A stretch of DNA of 64,000 nucleotides from Candidatus Dormibacteria bacterium (GTDB lineage: Bacteria; Chloroflexota; Dormibacteria; Aeolococcales; Bog-877), in assembly GCA_046703825.1 (NCBI GenBank), contig JBJKSO010000087.1:57503-121502 (forward strand), written 5' to 3'. Below are positions 46,782 through 58,995 of this stretch, piece by piece. The notes beneath the pieces are model-generated. The model was not told where the DNA came from and made no database searches. It saw only the letters and a list, made by a program, of their open reading frames with translations. Both the position numbers and the translations under genes were made by a program. How positions within the stretch are numbered: position 1 is the stretch's first letter; each line of letters starts with the position of its first letter.

Positions 46782-49658
46782 TCACGCCCCAGTCCGAAAC
46801 GCCGACCTTGAGGGCTTGACCGGGCGCATGAGGAACTCGGGGCGCCGTTGACCGCTCGGCCCGAGTTGGGGCTTGGAAAGGTTCAGCCATTGCCGGTACA
46901 CCCGCCGGCTCTCCTCTGCGTCCACGAAGACATCCCCGTACCGGTCGTCCGGGAGAGCTGGCTCTAAGCGGACCTTCTGCAGCCAGCAATGCATCCCTGA
47001 CCAAGGGTCCGGCTGAACCGGGAAGGCGAGGTTCTGGTGCACGCCAGGATCCTCCCATGAGATGCGTTGGCTGTCGGGGTCCGCTGAGCTGAATGGCCCG
47101 ATCCCGCTCCGGTACCGCAGCAGGTAGCTGGTCGGCGACGGATGACTGATATCGGCGGAGGCCGAAGACCAGCGACTGCCCTCTTGCTCGTGCAATCGCC
47201 ATCGTCCGAGATGGTGCGAAAGCGCGCAAACGCCCGGCCGAATCCCTTCCGTGAGCCAAACGGTACAGACCAAATAGCCGATGGCCGTGGTTATCCGCAC
47301 CAAGTCGCCGGTGGCCACACCGTGTCGTTCACCGTCGCTTGGAGATAGCCACAAGGGATGGCTGTAGGAGATCTCGTTGAGATACTTCGCGTTCCCAGAC
47401 CGAGTGTGAATTAGAGTGGGCAGTCGAAAGGTCGGGATGAGAACTAGTTCGCCAGCTTCCAGATCAACTCGCCGGTGCGAGACGTGGGACTCGATGTATC
47501 CAGGAGTCGCTTGGTCGCCGAAACCAAAGTCCCGCATCGTCGGCGAAAAGATCTCAAGACGTCGAGATGGTGTCAACCAGCCCACAGTGGCAATACCGTC
47601 ACCATGCAGTACTCCGACAGCGCCAGCCTCGCCCACCAGCGGTGGTGCTTCGTCGTCCGACACCGGCCGCCGCAGCACACCAAGTTCGTCGGGCTTGCAT
47701 CCAAGCAAATCCGCAGGTTCGAGCCGCCGCTCGTCCAAGCGGTAGTCGCCAGAACTCAGCTCGACGGCTCCATAGCGCCGCATATAGGCCAGCGGAGCCA
47801 TCCCTTCTGACGCAGCCCTCTCAGCCAGCCCAGGAACTTCCTCTTCAAATATCCACCGGTAGTAGTCATCTACGGTGATCTTCTCGCCCGGGCGGTAAGG
47901 CGACTCGAAGTAACGCCGTATCCCGAGTGCACCATCGGGGTCGATCCGCCAGGAAAGCTCAAACCAGAACTCGTTCTCTTCCCAGACCTCTCCCGGGTTG
48001 GCCTCTCTTGTGTCCGCAACGGGTTGGCCCGCCCTCTCCATGGCGACTCGCTGCACCGGCTGCCGGAACGAGAGCCATCGGCCGGCGTGGGTCTCGTAGG
48101 ACTGGGTATCGTGCCGCTCGGCGGAGTGTCCCATGGGAAGTACGTAGTCAGCGAACTGAGCGGTTTCGGACCACGTCGGTGTGAGTGCGACGTGACAACC
48201 GATGAGCCGCTCGTCTGCCAGCACTTCCATCCAACTAAATCCATCCGGGTTGGTCCAGACCGGGTTGTAAACACGCGTGAAGTAGACCTCTAACCTGCCA
48301 CGACCGTCTTTGAGAAAGTGCGGCAAGAGGAAAGACATCTCGTTAGTCGAGGTGGGGTACTCGCGCGGCCAGGTGAGCTCGTTCCAGTCCGATACCGGAG
48401 GAGGCGGGTTAGGCCCGTGAGGGATGAATTTGTTCCAGCCGTTTGGACTCGTACCACCTCTGGTCCCCACCGACCCGGTCAGGACCACCAAGAACCACAG
48501 GCACCGGGCGACCTGCCAGCCGCCGTAGTTTCCGGCGCAGGCAGATCTCCACACGTGCACCGCGAGTCGGTGATCGCAGTTGGCGACGAGCTCAGCGAGC
48601 CGCTCAATATCATCGACCGGCATGTTTGCTTCTTGCGCTGCAAAGTCAAACGTGTATCGAGCGTAGTCCTCCGTAAGGACGCGCAGGAAGGCGTCGAAGC
48701 TACGCACCTCATTGGGGTGCAAGGCGTCGAGGTAGGTTTCCCAGTTGACCCACCGCTTCATGAACTCTCGATCGATGCGGCCTGTCCGCAGTAGATGTGC
48801 CGCGATCGCTAACAGTATCGCCGCCTCGCTGCCCGGCCAGGGTGACAGCCAGATATCGGCCTTCGCGGCGGTGTTGGACAATCGTGGATCAATTACCGCC
48901 AGTCTGGCACCCGCCTCCCTGGCCTCCATGATCCTCTGAGCGTGAGGATTGAAGTAGTGCCCAGTCTCGAGGTGGCTGGAAAGGAGGAGAATTACTTTGG
49001 CATTGGCGTAGTCTGGTGACGGCCTGTCATAACCTCCCCAGAGCGCCAGCCCCAGTCGAGCGCCCGCAGAGCAGATGTTGGTGTGGCTGTTGTGCCCATC
49101 CACACCCCAGGCTTGGAGGACACGCTCAGCGAACCCATCCTCGCCGGGCCGGCCCACATGGTACATGACTTCCTTGTGACGGCCTTCCTGGATGGCCGTA
49201 CGGATCCGTGCACCGATGTCCTCCAACGCCGTGTCCCAGCTGACCTGCTCCCACTGACCACCACCTCGGGGTCCGACCCGGCGGAGTGGGTGGAGGATTC
49301 GCTCCGGGTCGTTCAGCTGGTTGACGGTCGCCGGGCCCTTGGCGCAATTGCGCCCCCGCGATCCCGGGTGCGCTGGGTTGCCCTCGAGCTTCCTGACGGA
49401 CAGGTCGGCCTTATCCACGTAGGCAAGAAGACCACATGCGCTCTCACAGTTGAAGCATGTGGTCGGCACCAGGGTGTAGTGGTGCTCCACTCGCCTAGGA
49501 TGCGCTTTGGCGTCCAGCTCGACGTGGTCGTCCCAGGTTTCGGGTGGGGGGAAGTTCCTGAGTTGTTCGTGACTTCGCTCCCCCGGTAGGCTGGCACCCC
49601 GCTGCGGCGCCGAGACAGGTTCGGACCCCTCGTTGCCGGACTTAGGAAAGCGGGACAT
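46782..49658 (-). CDS. Molybdopterin oxidoreductase catalytic subunit (DMSO reductase family) with an N-terminal 4Fe-4S motif; no Tat signal
   Basis: CFNCESACGLLAYVDKADLSVRKLEGNPAHPGSRGRNCAKG is the MopB N-terminal Cys cluster. The length is 958 aa. No RRxFLK twin-arginine motif is visible. Confidence 0.85.
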   Translation of the reverse strand: MSRFPKSGNEGSEPVSAPQRGASLPGERSHEQLRNFPPPETWDDHVELDAKAHPRRVEHHYTLVPTTCFNCESACGLLAYVDKADLSVRKLEGNPAHPGSRGRNCAKGPATVNQLNDPERILHPLRRVGPRGGGQWEQVSWDTALEDIGARIRTAIQEGRHKEVMYHVGRPGEDGFAERVLQAWGVDGHNSHTNICSAGARLGLALWGGYDRPSPDYANAKVILLLSSHLETGHYFNPHAQRIMEAREAGARLAVIDPRLSNTAAKADIWLSPWPGSEAAILLAIAAHLLRTGRIDREFMKRWVNWETYLDALHPNEVRSFDAFLRVLTEDYARYTFDFAAQEANMPVDDIERLAELVANCDHRLAVHVWRSACAGNYGGWQVARCLWFLVVLTGSVGTRGGTSPNGWNKFIPHGPNPPPPVSDWNELTWPREYPTSTNEMSFLLPHFLKDGRGRLEVYFTRVYNPVWTNPDGFSWMEVLADERLIGCHVALTPTWSETAQFADYVLPMGHSAERHDTQSYETHAGRWLSFRQPVQRVAMERAGQPVADTREANPGEVWEENEFWFELSWRIDPDGALGIRRYFESPYRPGEKITVDDYYRWIFEEEVPGLAERAASEGMAPLAYMRRYGAVELSSGDYRLDERRLEPADLLGCKPDELGVLRRPVSDDEAPPLVGEAGAVGVLHGDGIATVGWLTPSRRLEIFSPTMRDFGFGDQATPGYIESHVSHRRVDLEAGELVLIPTFRLPTLIHTRSGNAKYLNEISYSHPLWLSPSDGERHGVATGDLVRITTAIGYLVCTVWLTEGIRPGVCALSHHLGRWRLHEQEGSRWSSASADISHPSPTSYLLRYRSGIGPFSSADPDSQRISWEDPGVHQNLAFPVQPDPWSGMHCWLQKVRLEPALPDDRYGDVFVDAEESRRVYRQWLNLSKPQLGPSGQRRPEFLMRPVKPSRSAFRTGA

Positions 49659-51183
49659 CCTGGCCTGCTTTCACAAACGCGATTTCATAGGCCAGAAGGC
49701 CCGGCTGTACCAGCGCTCCGGCCACTGCACCCGCTGCCAATACGGTCCCCGCTAGAGCGCCAATTCCCAGCGCCATGGCAAGCGCCGGCACGGCCACTCC
49801 ACCCAGCCAGAAGAGTCTCGCGTAGGGGCCGAAAATCAAAAGTCTCGCTGCCACGGCGGCCTGTCGGCTGGGATGCTGGCCAACGTGCTCTAGAGCCAGG
49901 AAAAGCAGATGAGCCGCCGCCCCGACGACCAAGACTACTAGCAGCAGGCGGACCTGCGGACCCGTGGCGCTCGCCAGAACAGACGCCAGAAGCATCAAGC
50001 CCGCCCCCGCCACGAGCGCCTGTACCAGCAGATGCCAGAAGAACATGGGTGACTGCCACAAGTCTCGACCCTGCGCCTGGTTGAATAGCAAGGCCGAATA
50101 CCCAGCCGTCACTATCGCCACCGGCAGCACTATCCACCTGATTACGTCGAAGATAATCTGCAGTGTTCCAGCAGCCACCCCAGCCGTCAGCAGCGCTCCC
50201 ACCAAGAGCCATGCTCCGCTAAGACCTGAAAACAGAGTGAAGGCAAGCGTCCCCCACACGAGCCAGGACGTTGGATTGGGCTTGGTAAAGAGATAGACGA
50301 ACCGGTCGGGCCGCTTGAGGTCCCATAGCAGCAGACCGCCGGTCAGCACCGAGAAAAAAAGCGCTACTGAAGGGGCTGCCAGGAGCACTTCCACTCCCCT
50401 CGTCCCGTTGGCAATGATCGAGAGACATGCGACCAATAGCGCTCCTGTCGCCACGGACTTGGTCCACAGGTAGGTGGAGATCTTCCACCCCCAAGCCCTG
50501 GGATGCGCGGTGTTCAAGGTGGTCCGTGCTGCCTCCGGCGGCCGCCGCCCCCCCTCCGCCGCAAACCGCACCCTATCCGCGTCTGGTTCAGCGTAGATGT
50601 ACCGCGGCGCCGCAGGAGCTTCTATGGGATCGAGAGCTGCTTGGTCGGCTCCCACGTAGAACACGTTGGGTCGCGTGTTCTGCTCGGGAGCCCGGACAGC
50701 AGTGGGCTTGCCTGCGATGAACCGGCTGATGCCACTGCCCGGGTCGTCTAGATCACCGACCCAAATAGAGTGAGTGGGACAGACGACCACACAGGCGGGC
50801 TCGAGGTTTTGGTCCACGCGATGGGCGCAGAAGTTGCACTTCGCCGCGGTGTGCGTCTCATCGTCAATGTAGATGGCATCGTAGGGACAAGCTTGGAGGC
50901 AGCTCTTGCAGCCTATGCACCGGTCGGGGTCGAAGTCGACGATCCCGTCTTGCCGCTTGAAGAGGGAGCCAGTGGGACAGATCTGCACACAAGGCGCATC
51001 CGTGCAATGGTTGCACCGCAACACCGCGAACTCACGGCGTGTGTTGGGGAATGCACCCTTCTCCACGTACTTGACCCACGTGCGAAACTGCCCGACCGGC
51101 ACCTGATGCTCCGTCTTGCACGCCACCGTGCATGCATGACAGCCGATGCAGGTTCCTTGGTCGATGGCGAAGCCATATCTCAT
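49642..51183 (-). CDS. Fused 4Fe-4S ferredoxin-type electron-transfer subunit and NrfD/PsrC-like polytopic membrane anchor
   Basis: The N-terminal 200 aa carry four CxxCxxCxxxCP clusters (CIGCHACTVAC, CNHCTDAPCVQICP, CIGCKSCLQACP, CNFCAHRVDQNLEPACVVVCP). About 8 TM helices follow. It overlaps the catalytic-subunit gene by 17 bp. Confidence 0.8.
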   Translation of the reverse strand: MRYGFAIDQGTCIGCHACTVACKTEHQVPVGQFRTWVKYVEKGAFPNTRREFAVLRCNHCTDAPCVQICPTGSLFKRQDGIVDFDPDRCIGCKSCLQACPYDAIYIDDETHTAAKCNFCAHRVDQNLEPACVVVCPTHSIWVGDLDDPGSGISRFIAGKPTAVRAPEQNTRPNVFYVGADQAALDPIEAPAAPRYIYAEPDADRVRFAAEGGRRPPEAARTTLNTAHPRAWGWKISTYLWTKSVATGALLVACLSIIANGTRGVEVLLAAPSVALFFSVLTGGLLLWDLKRPDRFVYLFTKPNPTSWLVWGTLAFTLFSGLSGAWLLVGALLTAGVAAGTLQIIFDVIRWIVLPVAIVTAGYSALLFNQAQGRDLWQSPMFFWHLLVQALVAGAGLMLLASVLASATGPQVRLLLVVLVVGAAAHLLFLALEHVGQHPSRQAAVAARLLIFGPYARLFWLGGVAVPALAMALGIGALAGTVLAAGAVAGALVQPGLLAYEIAFVKAGQDVPLS

Positions 51184-52101
51184 CGGCGACCGCCTGCCGA
51201 CGGAGACCTCGCCACGCAGTCGAACGCGCCATATAGGACTTGAGCGCCCCGAAGCCTCCCCCTGGAACCGCCCATCTGGTTCACTCTACTCGTTCGAAGT
51301 GATTGGCTGGAAACCGACCTGCCGGCGCCACCCGCCCGGCGTGCGTTGCGTTTGGTTATCGCCACCAACCAGGTCCGGTCGGCGCGCCCAAGCCGCGACT
51401 GCCGCCTGAGCCGCACTGACTCTGGGACGACTCCGGACCGGACGCTCGTTCCGCGCCGTGGCCGGTGTCCACCTGCGGGCGACGCTTCGTTCGGCACCAA
51501 GAGGCCGGCCTTCGACAGCGCCGACACTTGGCGGCTCGGGCAGCCACGGCAACGTGGTGCAGGCTCGGAACTCCACGCGGTCGGAGCCGCTCCGAGATCG
51601 GGCGCAGCCAAGATAGACGGCTACGCCGGGTGAGTTGACACGTCTCCGATTGGTTCACTTGGCGCTGGGTTGGCCTCGGTGCAACAAGCGCCGTGCTGGT
51701 GGCAGCCTGTGGGCTCGGTCGGCTACATTCGCTTCCAAGCTCTGGCCCAAAAGGCCGCCCTGGAAAAAAGGCGCGGCTACCCTTTCTCCTCTTGGTACGG
51801 ATACGGGTTCGGCTAGCTTTCATAGAGCGACACGGACCCTGGGGTCGTGCTGCACCCCCCCAGACCTAGTGCTGTTAGCCTCAGCGGCCAATTTCAAATG
51901 GGTTCGGGTGGTCGCTTCGCGGAATCGGCTCCCGCGCTGAAGTAAAGCGGAGGTCTTTCTGAACTTGAGGCGGCGGGCCGGAAGTCCTTGCTCATCTGTC
52001 GCAGTGCGCAGTAGCCGAAGTGAGCTCTGCGGCACCCTGGGGCCTTTGGGCCGGCGGCTGAAAGAGGGGTCACTTGAAGGGACAACCCAGCAAAATCTTG
52101 G

Positions 52102-52176
52102 GGCTTCTTGTTGGAGCCGACGGGGAGATTCGAACTCCCGGCCAGCGGTTTACGAAACCGCTGCTCTACCACTGAG
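52102..52176 (-). tRNA. tRNA-Thr (anticodon CGT), CCA encoded
   Basis: The reverse complement reads GCCGACGTAGCTCAGTGGTAGAGCAGCGGTTTCGTAAACCGCTGGCCGGGAGTTCGAATCTCCCCGTCGGCTCCA. It has a perfect 7 bp acceptor stem, D-stem GCTC/GAGC, an anticodon loop TTCGTAA, and a T-arm GGGAG/CTCCC. Confidence 0.9.
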
Positions 52177-52495
52177 CTACGTCGGCAGCCGTGACCGGCC
52201 CGGCTCACCGGCAGCGACCGTCTCCCAGTCTATAAAAGTCAGGCCGCTCCCCCGGCCGGCTTCTTCCGGAGCCGGCCACCTCCAGCCACAGGGGACTGCT
52301 ACCCGCTCGGCGCTGCCCAGGGTGCCTGGCCCCGAGATCTCGCCAGTGCTAAGGTGGGCCGATCGAGGGAGTTGGTAGGCCATGATGCGCTCGAGAAGGG
52401 TTCGTGCCTGAAGTTGGCGATGTGGCTCCGAGCATGAACGTGTACGAATCCCCTGCCCGGGGTGAGGCAGTCGCACGAGCTCCCTTCCCACACAG

Positions 52496-54847
<2,352 letters not shown>

Positions 54848-55000
54848 CCGCCGACGGCCGTAGCCGCAACATCCTGCGGCCTCGGCTAGAGCAGACGGGA
54901 TGGACTCCTGGCGTACTTATCGGACGGTGCCGAGCCCCTGGCGTCGGCAGGGGTCATCGCATCGGTCAGCGAGCAGAGTCCTCACACCAAGCCGCCGCTC

Positions 55001-56356
55001 TCACTGGTGGTAAAGGTCTGGATGGGCGGACCGGAAAGCGCCCAGGTTGGGACGGATGGACAGCGGGTGAGCCGGCTCGGCGCCGAGCAGCTCGATAGTC
55101 TTCAACCCGTGGCCAGTGATGTATGCGACCACTGTCTCGTCACCGTGCCAGCGACCGGACCGCGCCAGCCGGCTGAGGACCGCCACCGTCACACCTCCCG
55201 CGGTCTCGGTGAAGATCCCCTCCGTTCGGGCTAGCAGATCGATCGCTGCGGAGATCTCTTCCTCGGAGGCTGCCCAAACCACTCCTCCCGTCTCTCTGGC
55301 GATGCGCAGCACGTCTCTACCATCGGAAGGATTGCCGATCGCGATCGACTTGGCAACCGTGTTGGGCTCGCGCACGGGCTCGATGTCATCCCGTCCGGCG
55401 GCCCAGGCTGCCGCCACTGGGCCACAGCCCGCCGCCTGTGCTCCGTGGAGCCGGGGCCATTTTTCTTCCGCCACCAGCCCCAAGGAGATCAGCTCACCGA
55501 TCGCCTTGCGATGCTTAACGAACTGGCAGCCGCTGCCGATGGGCACCACGATGTCATCTGGAACCCTCCAGCCCAACTGCTCCACGGTCTCGAAGGTCAG
55601 CGTCTTGCTGCCCTCGCTGTAGAAGGGCCTCAGGTTGATGTTGCAGAAGCCCCAGTCCTCGGTATCCGCCAGCTCGCTGCAGAGGCGGTTGACCTGATCG
55701 TACGTGCCACTGACCCGCACCAATCTCGGAGCAAAGGCCCTAGTTAGGGCCACCTTGTTGGCCTCGAGATCGTCTGGGATGACGACCAAGGCCTGCAATC
55801 CAGCGTGCGCCGCATACGCCGCCAGCGAGTTCGCCAGGTTCCCGGTGGAAGCGCAACCGACGATCTTGAAGCCATTGGACCGAGCCCAGGAGATGGCCAC
55901 GCTGACCACGCGGTCCTTGAAGGAGTTGGTCGGATTGAGGCTGTCGTTCTTCAGGTAAAGGTTCCGCAGCCCCAGCTGCGCGCCGAGTCGCCGGGCATGT
56001 ACCAACGGCGTCATTCCCTCCCCAAGCGTCACTGGCGGCGCTTCGTCCTCGTAAGGGAGCAGTGCCCGGTAGCGCCAGATGCTCGGCGGCCCCGACGCGA
56101 TTTGCTCTCGGCTCACAGCGGCAGCCACAGCTTGGTAGTCGTAATCGACCTCGAGCGGACCGAAGCACATCTCGCACACGTGCGTCGCGGCAGTCGGTCT
56201 CTGGTACCCACAAGCGCGGCAGCGCAGTCCGAGCACGCGGCGGCTGGACCCGGTCGCAACACGACCTTCTAGCTCAGTTGCCTCAAGCATCTTTGGGTAG
56301 CTCCAGGATCGCCCGGTAGCAATCGGTTCGGCCCCTCGATTCGACGACGCGACCAA
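55001..56356 (-). CDS. thrC: Threonine synthase (long form with N-terminal Zn-ribbon)
   Basis: N-terminal CRACG...CEMCFGPLEVDY and the PLP lysine box NPTNSFKDRVVSVAISWA. Confidence 0.88.
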   Translation of the reverse strand: MVASSNRGAEPIATGRSWSYPKMLEATELEGRVATGSSRRVLGLRCRACGYQRPTAATHVCEMCFGPLEVDYDYQAVAAAVSREQIASGPPSIWRYRALLPYEDEAPPVTLGEGMTPLVHARRLGAQLGLRNLYLKNDSLNPTNSFKDRVVSVAISWARSNGFKIVGCASTGNLANSLAAYAAHAGLQALVVIPDDLEANKVALTRAFAPRLVRVSGTYDQVNRLCSELADTEDWGFCNINLRPFYSEGSKTLTFETVEQLGWRVPDDIVVPIGSGCQFVKHRKAIGELISLGLVAEEKWPRLHGAQAAGCGPVAAAWAAGRDDIEPVREPNTVAKSIAIGNPSDGRDVLRIARETGGVVWAASEEEISAAIDLLARTEGIFTETAGGVTVAVLSRLARSGRWHGDETVVAYITGHGLKTIELLGAEPAHPLSIRPNLGAFRSAHPDLYHQ

Positions 56357-56433
56357 TTCTAGAAGCCCGCACCGTTGGTGAATTCATTCTCTTTCCTTCG
56401 GACAATGCACCGTGCCGACGATAGCTGCGAAGC

Positions 56434-57387
56434 TCACTCGGACGAAAAATCATGGATGCCAAACGCACCGAAGACGCGCAGTTCGGTAGTCGACATCGCA
56501 AGATCTCTGACCACCGTTGCAGCGCAGCTTCCGGTCTCGATTTCCGCGTCAGCGTAGAAGCGGTAATGGAACGGCTGCTGCGGAATGGGACGTGAGTCGA
56601 GCCGGGTGAGGTTACAACCGTGCTCGGCGAGGACCGCCAGGACGGAGAGGAGCCCTCCGGGGCGGTGTCGAGCGGAGAAACCGAGGGAGAGCTTGGATGG
56701 CCCCCACAGGCCGCCAAGGTCGGGTTGGCCGCGCTCCAACGCGAGGAAGCGGGTGCTGTTACAGGGCTCGTCGGCGATGTCGCTTGCCACCACTACCAGC
56801 CCGTACCGCGCTGCGGCGGCAGCACTGGCCACCGCCCCCTCGCCCGGCCGGCCGCGCTCTGCAACCGAGCGCGCCGCACCGGCCGTGTCATGGAACGGGA
56901 CAGCCTCGACACCGTGAGCGGCGAGCCACCCGCGGCATTGCGCCAGCGCCTGCGGGTGGGACCAGGCGCGCCGCACCCGGCCGGGAGCCACAGCCAGGAG
57001 GTGATGTCGGATGGGCGCCACCAGTTCGCCAACCACCCGCACGGCCGGTTGCGTCCAGAGCAGGTCGGTCACCTCCTGGACCACTCCGGCCAGGCTGTTC
57101 TCCACCGGCAGCACCGCCATCTCGACATCGCCCACCGCCAGTGCTGCAAAGGCGGCCGCGAAACTTGCCTTCCCTACCGTCCTGACACCGGGAAAGAGCT
57201 GCTGCGCAACGCCATCGGAGTGGGCACCGGGCTCGCCCTGATACGCGACTCGAAGCTGCGCCTGTCCCTCGCTACCAGCGGCGAGTGGTGATCTGGCTGG
57301 TTTGGGCGCCCAGGGCGCGACCCCTCTCGGCGCCGCGGGGCCGGTGCGCGAAATCTTACCCGCCCGGCTCGCAGAGGGGCGCGTCAA
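56434..57387 (-). CDS. pheA: Prephenate dehydratase with C-terminal ACT domain
   Basis: VAYQGEPGAHSD...VLPVENSLAGVV periplasmic binding protein (PBP)-like domain, then ESRP...LSLGFSARHRPGGLLSVLAVLAEHGCNLTRLDSRP ACT region. The start probably lies downstream of 57387. Confidence 0.82.
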   Translation of the reverse strand: MTRPSASRAGKISRTGPAAPRGVAPWAPKPARSPLAAGSEGQAQLRVAYQGEPGAHSDGVAQQLFPGVRTVGKASFAAAFAALAVGDVEMAVLPVENSLAGVVQEVTDLLWTQPAVRVVGELVAPIRHHLLAVAPGRVRRAWSHPQALAQCRGWLAAHGVEAVPFHDTAGAARSVAERGRPGEGAVASAAAAARYGLVVVASDIADEPCNSTRFLALERGQPDLGGLWGPSKLSLGFSARHRPGGLLSVLAVLAEHGCNLTRLDSRPIPQQPFHYRFYADAEIETGSCAATVVRDLAMSTTELRVFGAFGIHDFSSE

Positions 57388-57852
57388 AGGAGCGACGATT
57401 TCATATGAAGGTTTCCCCGATCGCGGACGTGACTGATGCGTCGGCCGCCAGCTTTCGCAGTGGAGTAAGGGGGTCCACGGCTCGGCGTCGCCTTACCCAA
57501 TTGCTGCCCGCCTCGCTCAAGCGAATGTCCGCGGGTATGGCGTCGTCGCGGCTCACCGTGCGCAGCCACATGGCCAGATCAAGCATCGCGACGGTCCTCC
57601 TGGGCTTGCTGATCAGCGGCCTGACGCCGGAAGTGTCCACGGCAACGAGTGCAGTGCAGGGTACGTGAGCCGACGGCCCTGGAGAAGTGCCGATGCCGTG
57701 CGAGGCAGTCCTCTATCCGGGTAGCCACTCGATACCGGCAATGCGCAAACTGAGCCCACCCTCTCACAGCCGTACCTGCGGGGCGTGCTGCCGCGGATCG
57801 CAAGCGACTCGAATCGGGTGGTGTCATGCTCCGCCTTGTGTGGTGGTGTGGG

Positions 57853-57879
57853 TAAAAAAAAGCCCCCGTGACTCGGGGG
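57853..57879 (-). terminator. Canonical intrinsic terminator on the minus strand
   Basis: On the minus strand, GCCCCCG-AGTCA-CGGGGGC (7 bp GC stem, 5 nt loop) is followed immediately by TTTTTTTT (forward A-run 57853-57860). It lies about 240 nt downstream of the DinB_2-family gene. Confidence 0.7.
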
Positions 57880-58116
57880 CCGGTAGCTCCTGGCTGCTGG
57901 GCGCGGAGGCTAGCTGACCGACCCCTCCTCGATGAGGAGTACCAGGGCCATCAGGCCCTCGGCCATCAGCACAAACCGCCGGGCAGTGAACAAGGTGATG
58001 GCTACTCTTGCAGATTGCTCGCGAGGGTGTCAAGGAAATCCCGGAGGCTGTAGCTGGGTCGGTTTCGCCAAGAGGCGGCAGAGGCGACCGGTCTGGCGCG
58101 GGTTTGCCGGTGAACC

Positions 58117-58629
58117 CTACTTGAGCACCAGCCACTGGCGGCCATCGATCAGCTCGCGCACCGCGTCTCGGTGACCCGAGTGCACCGCGGTCTCGGTGAC
58201 AACGTGGATCAGGATCTCGCGAAGATCTCGCAGCCGCCAACTCCCGAAGAGGTCTGCGGGCCACCAGCGCGGTTCGGCATCAATCGCGGTGCCTTCGATC
58301 ACCTGGTTGGACCGCTCGATCTCCTGGCGGTAGCGTTCGAGGACCTGGGCCGCGTCCGTGTCCTCTGCCACCTCCCAGGCGTTCGCCGGCTGATCCGATT
58401 CCGGAACCCGGCCGCCCTCCACCACCTGCCAGAACCAGAAGCGCTCGACGTCGAGGGCGAGGTGCTGCACCAGGCCCACACAGGTCCATCCCGAGGGCAG
58501 CAAGCGCCGCCTCAGCTCGCCCTCCCCCAAGCCCTCAAGGCTCCCCAGTACGTGCTCGCGCTGCCCACGCAGAGCCGCCATCAACGCGGACTTCCCCTCC
58601 GGATCGATCCCGCTGGGTGCGCCTTCCAC
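58117..58629 (-). CDS. DinB_2/DUF664-family protein (mycothiol-dependent enzyme N-terminal-like four-helix bundle)
   Basis: 170 aa with HLALDVERFWF and HSGHRDAVRELIDG, typical DinB_2 His-containing helices. Confidence 0.65.
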   Translation of the reverse strand: MEGAPSGIDPEGKSALMAALRGQREHVLGSLEGLGEGELRRRLLPSGWTCVGLVQHLALDVERFWFWQVVEGGRVPESDQPANAWEVAEDTDAAQVLERYRQEIERSNQVIEGTAIDAEPRWWPADLFGSWRLRDLREILIHVVTETAVHSGHRDAVRELIDGRQWLVLK

Positions 58630-58644
58630 CTCTAGCCTCTGACC

Positions 58645-58995
58645 TCAGACGTCCTCGTCGTCCGCCAACGGCAAAACCTCAAGCGCGAAGCGCGTTGCCA
58701 GAGGGTGGGCGGCGGCGATCGCCACAGCCCGCTCAAGGTCGGGGCAGACCAGCACGTCGAAACCGAGAAGTGCGCCGCTGCTGGCCATGGCCGGAGCTTC
58801 GGTCACCTGGGTCTGCTCTCCCCGGTTCCGGACGACCGGCGCCCGACCCTCGTCAGCGAGTTCACCTGCGGTGACGCGCACGCCCGACTCGTGGGTTCGG
58901 TCTACCCAAGACCTCACCGCAGCGCCCAGTGCGCCCGGCGGACTTGGATCCGCCGGTACCCCATCGTCGCGGCACACCAGCATCAGACACCTCAC
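58645..58995 (-). CDS. YciI-like (YCII-related) small protein
   Basis: 116 aa with GFDVLVCPDLERAVAIAAAHP, resembling the YciI fold C-terminal motif. Confidence 0.65.
   Translation of the reverse strand: MRCLMLVCRDDGVPADPSPPGALGAAVRSWVDRTHESGVRVTAGELADEGRAPVVRNRGEQTQVTEAPAMASSGALLGFDVLVCPDLERAVAIAAAHPLATRFALEVLPLADDEDV

Noticed and set aside
51184-52101. A possible structured housekeeping RNA (RNase P, SRP or tmRNA) in the long intergenic tract
   Set aside because: I looked for the conserved cores (the SRP AGGUCCGGAAGGAAGCAGCC, the RNase P GGAAAGUCCGGGCUCC, and the tmRNA tag-reading frame) and did not see them. The adjacent tRNA-like element is a complete tRNA-Thr with an anticodon arm, not tmRNA.
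57285-57668. A 127 aa plus ORF (MKVSPIADV...) and an overlapping 79 aa minus ORF at 57401-57640
   Set aside because: The two are mutually exclusive and both have high GC3. Neither has a family match, and the AAGGAG upstream of the plus-strand ATG is 13 nt away, which is too far. I left them uncalled and treated the region as a finding.
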